NCBI GenBank assembly: GCA_021413405.1
Contig: JAIOQL010000112.1
Location: 1 to 25,601 of the forward strand
Origin: Leptospira sp.
GTDB taxonomy: Bacteria; Spirochaetota; Leptospiria; Leptospirales; Leptospiraceae
Reading direction: 5' to 3'
DNA: 25,601 nucleotides
Shown: piece after piece, positions 1 to 7,996 of the stretch
Layout of the letters: each line of letters starts with the position of its first letter
How positions within the stretch are numbered: the first letter of the stretch is position 1
Translations under genes and position numbers: made by a program
Notes under the pieces: model-generated
Database searches by the model: none
Seen by the model: only the letters and a program-made list of their open reading frames with translations
Told to the model about the DNA's origin: nothing

Positions 1-816
1 ATTCGCATGATATCTTCTTCCGTGTCCCGGTAAAACCCATTCGAAGGAATAGTTGAGTAGTCTTGTCATTGATCTTATCTGTTCTTTCCAGGAATACCAG
101 CAGGCATTCCGGAAAGCGTGAAGCTGCTTCAGACTGACTGACCATGCCAGGTGGTCTCCGGTAAATAGAAACTTATCCTTGTATAAAAGAACACTGTGGC
201 CCTTTGTATGACCGGGAACGGGGATTATTATCAGATCATCGAAAAGTTTCAGCTCTTCCTGATCATTGATAACGATTTCAAAATTGCCTGAATTGTTCCT
301 GAAATCATCCTTCTGGATGATCCGTTTACATCCGAAATGGGAATGAAATTTAGCATGATCTGCAATATCATCAATGTGCGTCAGAAACATATATGAGATA
401 CCGCCTAACGCTTCCAATTTCTTTGCAAGCTGCATATTAAATCTCGGAGAATCAATTAGAATATTTCCACCTTTCCGCTGGATGAAGTAGCTTGCTGCTC
501 CGAATGATTGTTCCGAGTGGTATCCGCAATAGAATACATTTTCGGAAATCTGAACCGGAAAACTATTTCTTGCTTCCGTTATATATTTCGATTTTGTTTT
601 CGCCCCGATTGAACTGGTTGGACAGGCTAGTAGAGCCTGAAAAGCCAGGATTTCGTGATCCTTTTCATTGGGCTGACTGAATACAAAAGATTGTCCACCA
701 CTGCGATGAAACGATTCGGGAGCAATCCACCGGCAAGTATCACAATCGATGCAAGTTGAATCTACATAAAAATTTCCCGGAATGTTCTCAGCGCGGGCGC
801 GAGTAACGTCTGCCAT
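1..816 (-). CDS. Ferredoxin-domain / metallo-beta-lactamase-fold hydrolase fusion (3' end runs off the window)
   Basis: Absent from the ORF track. Manual translation from the ATG at 816: MADVTRARAENIPGNFYVDSTCIDCDTCRWIAP...LLACPTSSIG (Fe-S ferredoxin Cys pattern), then FLTHIDDIADH, PGHTKGH, FTGDH and LPGHG (MBL metal ligands). The frame stays open for 272 codons to base 1. Confidence 0.9.
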   Translation of the reverse strand, partial: MADVTRARAENIPGNFYVDSTCIDCDTCRWIAPESFHRSGGQSFVFSQPNEKDHEILAFQALLACPTSSIGAKTKSKYITEARNSFPVQISENVFYCGYHSEQSFGAASYFIQRKGGNILIDSPRFNMQLAKKLEALGGISYMFLTHIDDIADHAKFHSHFGCKRIIQKDDFRNNSGNFEIVINDQEELKLFDDLIIIPVPGHTKGHSVLLYKDKFLFTGDHLAWSVSLKQLHAFRNACWYSWKEQIRSMTRLLNYSFEWVLPGHGRRYHAN

Positions 817-819
817 TAT

Positions 820-2484
820 CTATTTAGACGAAAGCACTCCGCGATTCCGACCGGATCTCTTGGCTTCATATAAAGCCCTGTCCGCAATTTCATTTATTTT
901 CCCTGCTCCATCTGTTTCCGGATATCCACAGATGCCAAAACTAAAGCTTGCAGAGAAAGATATTCCCTCGCTTTGCTGATGGATTGATGCGAAACTTTTT
1001 CGAATTTCGTCAAGGACTTTGAAAGCGTTGTTGACTTTAGTATCAGTAAAGATGATCGCAAACTCTTCTCCGCCATACCGGCCTATGATATCGGTTTTTC
1101 GCAATCTCTGCATCAGTAGTCTTGAAAGGTTTTTAATAACTCTGTCACCCGTGAGATGGCCGTAAGTATCGTTCACAGATTTAAAACTATCGATGTCTAA
1201 CATAGCAAAGGCAAGATTTCCACCCTGTCTCTTCGTCCTGGTGAGTTCTATCATTAATTGTTCTTTAATTTTAGTATGATTAAAGAGTCCTGTCAAACTG
1301 TCCCGTTGCATGAAAGACCCCAAAATCCGGGATCTTTCCGCGCGAAGAATAATAGAAGAGATAAGATCTTCAGGCAGAATGGACTTTGTCAGAAAATCAT
1401 CCCCCCCCTGACGCATAACTTCCATTTCTTTGTTCCTATTGGCATCGGTTGCGAGGAAAACAATTGGGACACCAATGTAAGCATCCTGCTGCCGGATTAC
1501 TGAAGCCAATTCCATCCCGCTGCATTCCTTCATATACATAGCCATCAGGATCAGTTCGGGACGAAAATCGATTAGCGTTTCCATTACTCTTAACGGATCA
1601 CTGACGACAGCCGATATCATTCCGGCCTGTTGCAGCAATAATGAATTGTAGGCAGCCTGAAATATCTCATCGTCAATTACCATTATCCGGAATGGATCAG
1701 GAGCCGGACGCACGGTTAAAGAATCCAGCTTATCTATAAGTTTTGTAATATCAACAGGGTTATTGAAATATGCATCACTTCCTGCGCGAACTGAATGTAA
1801 TCTGTCAGTAAGTTCGGCATAGGCAGAAATAAAAATAATCGGAATCGGAATCTCGTGTAAATTTTTAAGTTCCAGAATTTTTCCGGAATCAATGGATTTT
1901 GGTCGTGAAGTGATGTCAAAAATGATTGCAGATGGCGATGATATTATTGATTCATTCCGTAATGAATTGAAATCAGAAAAATTTTGTACGTTGTAACCAA
2001 AAAAAGCGATCTGATGATTCAGATCTTCGGAGAGTCCCTGATCACTCTCCAGAATGTAGATCAGTTTCTTTGGTGAGGAGGATGGGGAAAATTGTTTTAG
2101 AAACCTTTCATCTTGTTTTTCACTTTCTGCATTTTGATTCAGGCAAGTGACGGCTCTGCTTTTCAGTTCTGTGATCAAGTCGTCTATTTTCGAAAAGTGA
2201 ATGTCGTTTAGAGATGATTTATTTTCAATTAGATATTGCAGGTATGACTCAAGGATGTTTGCAGTCTCATGAACTTCATTCAACTGGAAGCTCGCTGTTA
2301 AACCTGTTAATTTATGAGTAAGGAAGTATAACGGAGTAATTCCATCCCATTTTTTATTCCCAGTCTTAAAATCATTCCATTCCGATTCAATTTCACTTAT
2401 TTTCTCGGGAATGCGTTCCCGGTATTCACTTCTTAATTCATTTATCTGCTTTTCAAATTTTGAAATTATACTTTCTGATGACAT
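820..2484 (-). CDS. Diguanylate cyclase, Hpt-REC-REC-GGDEF architecture
   Basis: 554 aa. N-terminal helical Hpt-like THKLTG, two receiver-like domains, then DSLTGLFN, MLDIDSFK and RYGGEEF with the RxxD I-site (RKTD). Confidence 0.92.
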   Translation of the reverse strand: MSSESIISKFEKQINELRSEYRERIPEKISEIESEWNDFKTGNKKWDGITPLYFLTHKLTGLTASFQLNEVHETANILESYLQYLIENKSSLNDIHFSKIDDLITELKSRAVTCLNQNAESEKQDERFLKQFSPSSSPKKLIYILESDQGLSEDLNHQIAFFGYNVQNFSDFNSLRNESIISSPSAIIFDITSRPKSIDSGKILELKNLHEIPIPIIFISAYAELTDRLHSVRAGSDAYFNNPVDITKLIDKLDSLTVRPAPDPFRIMVIDDEIFQAAYNSLLLQQAGMISAVVSDPLRVMETLIDFRPELILMAMYMKECSGMELASVIRQQDAYIGVPIVFLATDANRNKEMEVMRQGGDDFLTKSILPEDLISSIILRAERSRILGSFMQRDSLTGLFNHTKIKEQLMIELTRTKRQGGNLAFAMLDIDSFKSVNDTYGHLTGDRVIKNLSRLLMQRLRKTDIIGRYGGEEFAIIFTDTKVNNAFKVLDEIRKSFASIHQQSEGISFSASFSFGICGYPETDGAGKINEIADRALYEAKRSGRNRGVLSSK

Positions 2485-2609
2485 GGATTATTCCCCGTAA
2501 ATATCTTATTATATTTCTTTAATCCTTATTGATCTGTAAACATAATCGCTAAATTTTCCGATCATTATCTTCAAATCTTCCGGCGAATCTAACCGCTCAT
2601 AAGTATTCC

Positions 2610-3734
2610 CTAGCGTTTCTTTAGAAGTATCAGATTTGATCTATCTTTACCTTTCAGAATACCATATCCAAAAGCAAAATTTAGCGGGAGGCTGGAAGAC
2701 TCGAATCCTGATTTTAAATCCTTCTGTAATGATATTTCTGGCATTCCCGTTAGAGTTGCAGATTTTTTATACGATCCAAAAAATTTAGCATCCCAGACCT
2801 TAATATCAAAATAATGAAAAGGTATCGCGGAATCATCCTGGATAATAATGTCACTTTTCTCCAGAATATATTGCCTGAAACTATCAAGAGCTTTTCTTTG
2901 AAAAAGATATTCTGCCGATTTCATAATAGTTTTCAGATTTTTTCTTTTTTCGAAAAACTTCCCGGTCTTAGTATTCTGGTCCATTGAATTACTATCTAGT
3001 GGAATACTTAAATAAATTAGTTGCCGCTCTTCACCATTACCGTTGGCAAAGAAGTCTATCCTGACACCTTCAGTTTTTTCATCGCTTCCCGAGATTGGAA
3101 TTAGATTTCCTTCATCATTAAGCGTCACCCGTTCGACGTCCCAGATTATATTTCCCATTCGCGCCATAAAAATCAAAAGTACCGGCGTGGTTCCTGAGAA
3201 ATGCGGATTCAGGAATTCCTGACGCATTTTCCTCCTTGTGAAATAATTCCTGTCAGCAATTTCCGATACCAGGCTTTCTAATGAAAGGAGTGAATTTTTA
3301 ATCTGGCCCGCACTTAGTCTATTCATGTCTGTTAAATTGCCCGGTTTTTCCAATGCGACCATCAGGTACTCCTCAGCATCAGGAAAGAAATTGAAAAGAT
3401 TCGTAAAGTCCGCACCGCTGAAAGGATAGAAAGCAGTACCTTTTCTGCTATTCTCAATAAAGTTATTTCGCCAGATCTTAATTTCTTCTATACTCTCTTT
3501 ATTCAGCCTGCTCCACATCTTATTCATTGCGTTCGAATGTGATTTATAGTAAACAGAGTTGGAAATTTGGAAAAACGGACTATCCGCCGGAACGGGGAGG
3601 CCCGCGAGAAATGTTGCCAGGTGATTATAATATTGCGCTCCGGATGTCAGTGGTGGGATACTTCTTTGTTCCGAGACGCAAGAAAACAGCAAGAGAAGCG
3701 GAATGAATATAATATAAAAAGCGAATTTATTCAA
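2610..3734 (-). CDS. Uncharacterised lipoprotein (FYPFSGxD family)
   Basis: 374 aa ORF with a lipoprotein signal ending LLLFS-C. Motifs FYPFSGADF, KSAEYL, QDDSAIP and FGYG, which I recognise from a family of hypothetical proteins; function unknown. Confidence 0.75.
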   Translation of the reverse strand: MNKFAFYIIFIPLLLLFSCVSEQRSIPPLTSGAQYYNHLATFLAGLPVPADSPFFQISNSVYYKSHSNAMNKMWSRLNKESIEEIKIWRNNFIENSRKGTAFYPFSGADFTNLFNFFPDAEEYLMVALEKPGNLTDMNRLSAGQIKNSLLSLESLVSEIADRNYFTRRKMRQEFLNPHFSGTTPVLLIFMARMGNIIWDVERVTLNDEGNLIPISGSDEKTEGVRIDFFANGNGEERQLIYLSIPLDSNSMDQNTKTGKFFEKRKNLKTIMKSAEYLFQRKALDSFRQYILEKSDIIIQDDSAIPFHYFDIKVWDAKFFGSYKKSATLTGMPEISLQKDLKSGFESSSLPLNFAFGYGILKGKDRSNLILLKKR

Positions 3735-3746
3735 AGTCAGCCAAAC

Positions 3747-4937
3747 TTAATTTGCAGATCCGGGTAAACTTCCCGGAAGGTCAATAGTACAGAAATCACG
3801 GTAGTCCAATGGAAAAATTCTTTCGGACTTGAAATCATCAATGGTTTTGAATTCAGACAGTTGTAATTTTCTCTGATAATTTACAGCCCCGTGAACAACG
3901 TAATGCCAGAAACCAGCAAATCCTTTCCGGTCTGTCGGATGCCAATTGTATTCATGTATCGTTCGTAGGGCAATAGAAGCTTCATCGAATGGCAGCGAAT
4001 TCAAATTCTTTCTGTAATTATCATTGAATTCCCAGAATTCTTCTGCATTGCTCGGATAATAAATACGGATCACGACGCCCATCGCCTTTGCAGCCCTTCC
4101 GATGCCTTGCAGGGACTTATCTTTGAGCATGTCGGCTGGTACTATGGCTATGCGGTTTTGGGAATACAGAAGTCTTATGTATCTATAAGCTTCCGGATTT
4201 CTTAGCCATCCAAAATCCTTGAATTCTTTATTTGGTTTCGTTAGATCAAGGTAATAGGAATATAAATCCGGCTGATATCTTTTGTAAATAGCCAGAATAT
4301 TTTCCAGTTCATCTGATTCTTTATACTCTTTGGAAATGATCCGGATTGTATCGTTGACATTTTTTTTGTTCCAGCTTTCCGCAAATTTCAGCGGAGAATC
4401 CTGAGCCTTTACAATTGCCCTGATAATCTTATGGAGCCTGTTAATATTTACATCAAAATCAAACAACCAAACCCATCTGCTTTTGGCATGTGCGATGAAC
4501 GAATAATTGCCTTCCGCAGCAACACCGGCATATCCTCCTCCCAGATTTTTGATGTAAGGCGCGAAGAGATATTGTCTCGATTCATTGCTTTTGAAATATG
4601 TGACAGGATCTTTGCAATGTGCCGGAGATTTATACGGTTCGGTGCAAATCTGTTTGTCCAGCTTGTCGGTTTCTGCGGGAACCATCCGATTGACAAGATC
4701 AGCATCTGGAGGTAATGGATCGCTAAGATTTGCCGGCGGATCAGCAATCATCCAGCCTGGTGGATTATTCAAGATTGGTGATGTTGAAGCGCATCGAACA
4801 GAAAGACGGTGTCCACCACTTTCAACTTTTTCGAATCTGCGGTAGGAACCTCTCATTTGATTTGCCGGCCACCACCAACTCCCACCTTTTAATATTTTCA
4901 TTTCATATCCTTTTTCCCGCCATATCATAAACACCAT
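3747..4937 (-). pseudogene. 3' fragment of a disrupted FGE-sulfatase fusion lipoprotein: end of the FGE domain plus a large C-terminal domain (resembles the Leptospira LIC_10091-like family, from memory)
   Basis: The ORF begins KILKGGSWWWP...RGSYRR...RLSVRCA, which is the C-terminal signature of FGE-sulfatase domains (RGGSW...R...GFRC). It continues into a domain with SNE...LGGGYAGVA.EGNY...WLFDFD and YYPSNAEEF. It has no signal peptide of its own. Confidence 0.75.
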
Positions 4938-5595
4938 AATGACCAGGTGGGTAACTTCCTACGTTTGAAAGTTTAAGGGAAGTTTCTTTGCCATTGCATC
5001 TGTCTTTCGCTGCATTTGACTCAACACAGACATTGTAGCTTGCACGGGTGGTGTCTGGAGGATCATTGCCCCATGGATAAATAGTGGCTTTTTCTCCACC
5101 CCGGGCTACTTTTTCCCATTCCGCTTCTGTAGGAAGGCGTTTACCTGCCCACTTGCAGAATGCATGGGCTTTATCCCAGGAAAGCGGAGAAGCCGGTTGC
5201 CTGGGATCGCGATAGCCATCATAAAGCTTATTCTTTATGTTGTGGAAGTATTTACATCCTCCAGCCTTCACACATTCATCATATTGCAGATTTGTTACTT
5301 CATACTTATCAATATAAAACGTACTGATTTCAACGGTTCTCCTCGGAAATTCATTTGGCTCAGCACCCGGATCTGTAGGATCTGATCCAATCACAGCTGG
5401 TCCACCCGGGATGCAAACCATCCCCGGAGGCGGGTTCTGGCAATTTGGTCGGGTCAGCGCTCCGGCAAGTTCGCTTTCGCTTTGCGGCCTGTCGGTCATT
5501 TGTTTTGAAACGGGATCCCGTAATTGTCGGGTAGCACCTGTGCAACTTAAAAGGAATAAAATAAAAAGAAGTTTTAATGATTTATTGTACATCAT
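4903..5595 (-). pseudogene. 5' fragment of a disrupted SUMF1/EgtB/PvdO (FGE-sulfatase) domain lipoprotein
   Basis: Lipobox LFLLS-C; motifs CIPGG...IGSD, FYIDKYEVTN, KRLPTEAEWEK, YPWG and GVYDMAG. It then stops after KRI instead of continuing with N-x-x-E-W. Confidence 0.85.
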
Positions 5596-5699
5596 ATCCT
5601 CAAATAACTATTATATTTTTGAATGTCAGGTTTCAATGAAAAATAAACCGGCTGCTACAGTGTTATGTTGCATTAAGCGAAAAAACACAACAAGATCTA

Positions 5700-6260
5700 T
5701 CAGTTATAAATCTTATCTTTTGGGAGAAATTCCAAAAGTCTTGTAACTATGAAATCCCTCATCGGTTCCTGTATTTCTTCAGGATAGGTCATAATTTTTC
5801 CCTGCTTTTCAAAAGGATAATAGAGAATATCCGATTCGTTTTCTCCTTTTTGAATTTTTTTCAAAAAATCAGAATTCATTCTGAATACACCTATGCTTAC
5901 ATCGAAAATTCTTCCGGCAGGAATTTCGGAGAAAATTTTTAAAATAAGCTCCGAATATAGTTTTTCAAAATCTGTTACGAGTAATAAAGGATCGAAACAA
6001 ATACGGACCTTCCATCCGTCGTTGATTGCACTGAGAATGTTTTGAATTCTTCTATTCAGAGTTGGTGTATTCTTTTCATATTTTCTGGTAACCAATTCCG
6101 GACTGATTGTCCATGCCAATATAACATTTTCAATGGGTTTTAGATGAGAGATGCTTTTGTAGTTCGCGCTCTTTGTTCTGACCTCCAGAAGTAAATTTGA
6201 ATGCTTCCCCGCAAATTCAATCCATTTTGCCGTGTAAGGAACCAGGGTTTCAAAAGCGAG
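5700..6260 (-). pseudogene. 3' fragment of a disrupted spore-photoproduct-lyase-like radical SAM protein
   Basis: The frame of ORF 5700..6119 is open upstream to 6269 and reads LAFETLVPYTAKWIEF...LEVRTKSANY...VILAWTISPE...VRICFDPL, which is typical of the SPL-family C-terminal barrel. Confidence 0.8.
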
Positions 6261-6631
6261 TTTTCTGTTTCAGAGATATAATCTTCGATGTTCACAAAAA
6301 TTACAATGTTTCCGGAGGGAAACATTCCCTGAAGATAACAATAATCACAATTATAAAAACAATTCAGAATCATCGCGTTATAATAAAAATTCCTGTTTCC
6401 GAAATCTGATGACATATCTGACCCTGAGTATAAAAATTTTTCTTTCCGATGCGCAAGAATCAGACTCATTGACTTTTTTTGCAGCTGAAAGTTTTGTTTC
6501 GGCCGGTTGAAAATTTCTTTGTAATTTCGAATTGGAATAATATGTGAGGCTGGAAATCTGTGTAATAAATTCTTTGTAACAGGGAATTCCGCAGCTTCTT
6601 CTTCAATGTATATATGAGAAAAATTTTTCAT
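6140..6631 (-). pseudogene. 5' fragment of a disrupted spore-photoproduct-lyase-like radical SAM protein
   Basis: FSHIYIE N-terminus and the radical SAM motif NCFYNCDYCYLQG (CxxxCxxC), then VNIEDY. Family similarity appears to end at about 6262, after which the ORF reads out of frame. Confidence 0.85.
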
Positions 6632-6632
6632 A

Positions 6633-7502
6633 CTATAAGAATGAAGCAGGTTTTTTTGCGAGATGTTTCATTAATTCAGAAAATACTCTCTTTGATTCGT
6701 GTTTTGAGGATGTCCGGCTAATCAACTCAGGAGGAAAAGATAATTCTGTTTGAAACCTTACCCGGAACGACTTAACTGAATTTACTAGTTGAATTTTCTG
6801 GGTTGTTGTCAACTTCAGGTTCTCTGAAATTGCACGGATCGTGTCAATGTCATCTGGAGAAAGAGAAGTTTGTTTTTTATCGCTTGTGAATGGAAATACA
6901 TCAAGGAAATTCTTTAATTCGGGGATTCTATTTTCGATCAGAGCAGAAATAAATTTTGCATTTATTTGGACACGTTCAGAATCGAAATGATCGGAAACAA
7001 TTTTTAAAAGTTGAATATCTTGCGGCGGAGCTAACAAAGATGCTGCCCTGCAAAATCCTGACGATTCCATATCGACAAGACTAATTGACGTATTCTTATC
7101 TGACGCATAAAAAGGTTGATCTGAACAATGAATTGATTTTTCCCTTAGCTTCCAATCGGTCAAAATATCCGGATAATATGTTCTCCCTGATCCGATATCT
7201 TCAATCTTATTTATCAGAAATAATTCACCTATGTTCGCTTCAGTTTTTTTAGATCCGCAAACACCAAGATTCAGAAAGGCAGTATGTTCAGAGTTAGCCC
7301 GGTAAAGAAAAGCAGAATAAGTAACAGCAATCGCAGAATTGATTTTTCCTGTCCCGCTTATGCAAAGAGAGATTTCTCCATTTTCATAAATACTAAATTC
7401 TTTGCACTTCGTATTTTTACGTAAATATAAAGATCGGATTACCGGTTCTGCCTCGGCAAAAAGTGCCATAATTATTATTTTTCGAACAGGATTTTCCATC
7501 AT
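6633..7502 (-). CDS. Nucleoside phosphorylase / MTA-SAH nucleosidase-like protein
   Basis: MALFAEA, SGTGKINSA, NLGVCG, VDMESSGF and KIVSD match the PNP/UDP/MTAN fold motifs. Its stop lies 1 nt before the radical SAM start. Confidence 0.8.
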   Translation of the reverse strand: MMENPVRKIIIMALFAEAEPVIRSLYLRKNTKCKEFSIYENGEISLCISGTGKINSAIAVTYSAFLYRANSEHTAFLNLGVCGSKKTEANIGELFLINKIEDIGSGRTYYPDILTDWKLREKSIHCSDQPFYASDKNTSISLVDMESSGFCRAASLLAPPQDIQLLKIVSDHFDSERVQINAKFISALIENRIPELKNFLDVFPFTSDKKQTSLSPDDIDTIRAISENLKLTTTQKIQLVNSVKSFRVRFQTELSFPPELISRTSSKHESKRVFSELMKHLAKKPASFL

Positions 7503-7730
7503 GAATATTACATTTACTAATCTGGTGATTCCGGTAATTTAACAAAATCAACATGAGTTATCCCACACAGAACAAAACGAATTATTAATTTCGAATAGCT
7601 TGCCCGGTCATAATTTTCATGGATGGCCCGGTTCGAAGGCTTGGGAATCTAAATCCTTCGGAGTTCTTTTCATCCACGATTGCTGTGAACTTCAAGAAAA
7701 CCATTCGTACTTTTTAGAAAAAATCCCCAC

Positions 7731-7766
7731 CCATCGGGCGGGGAGGCTCCACCCGCCACCCGATGG
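7731..7766. repeat. GC-rich imperfect inverted repeat (REP-like hairpin)
   Basis: CCATCGGG (7731-7738) pairs with CCCGATGG (7759-7766), with inner CGGG/CCCG pairing, in an otherwise AT-rich intergenic region. Confidence 0.6.
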
Positions 7767-7931
7767 TTTTGCTTTATAACGAAATTAGAGGAAAAGCAAG
7801 CAAATAGTGAAAAAACAGTCTTTTTATTCAGAAATTTACGCATTCTGCAGGTTTTTGGCTCAAAAGCGTAATGCCTTTTTAGGCATTGTAATTTATGAGA
7901 TTAGGCAAAATTAAGTCATTTTAAATAAAGG

Positions 7932-7960
7932 TTGACTTTAAAATAACACAATGAGAAAAT
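7932..7960 (+). promoter_or_regulatory. Candidate sigma70 promoter for the lipase gene
   Basis: TTGACT - 17 nt - GAAAAT, 36 nt upstream of the SD-preceded ATG at 7997. Confidence 0.5.
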
Positions 7961-7996
7961 ATGAAAAATTTGAAAATTAATTGGGACGAGGCGTCT

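Noticed and set aside
492-1503. Short + strand ORFs (492, 782, 1258) and the - strand ORF at 894
   Set aside because: They are shadows of the ferredoxin-MBL and DGC genes and have no motifs.
4903-4937. Programmed +1 ribosomal frameshift at the A5 run
   Set aside because: A frame-corrected product would still lack the conserved NxxEW segment, so recoding does not explain the lesion.
5609-5635. TTGAAA-15 nt-TATAAT on the - strand upstream of the FGE gene
   Set aside because: The spacer is short for sigma70 and the region is AT-rich; possible but unsupported.
4431-5746. Several + strand ORFs including 5411..5746 (111 aa)
   Set aside because: They are antisense to well-supported genes and have no recognisable domain or SD.
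6255-6270. Programmed -1 frameshift in the radical SAM gene
   Set aside because: ACA GAA AAC is not an X XXY YYZ slippery heptamer, and a conserved segment appears to be missing.
7854-7864. TTTG-GCT-CAAA as a LexA SOS box for the SPL-like operon
   Set aside because: The spacer is 3 nt, not the 5 nt of the L. interrogans box, and the site is about 350 nt from the operon start.
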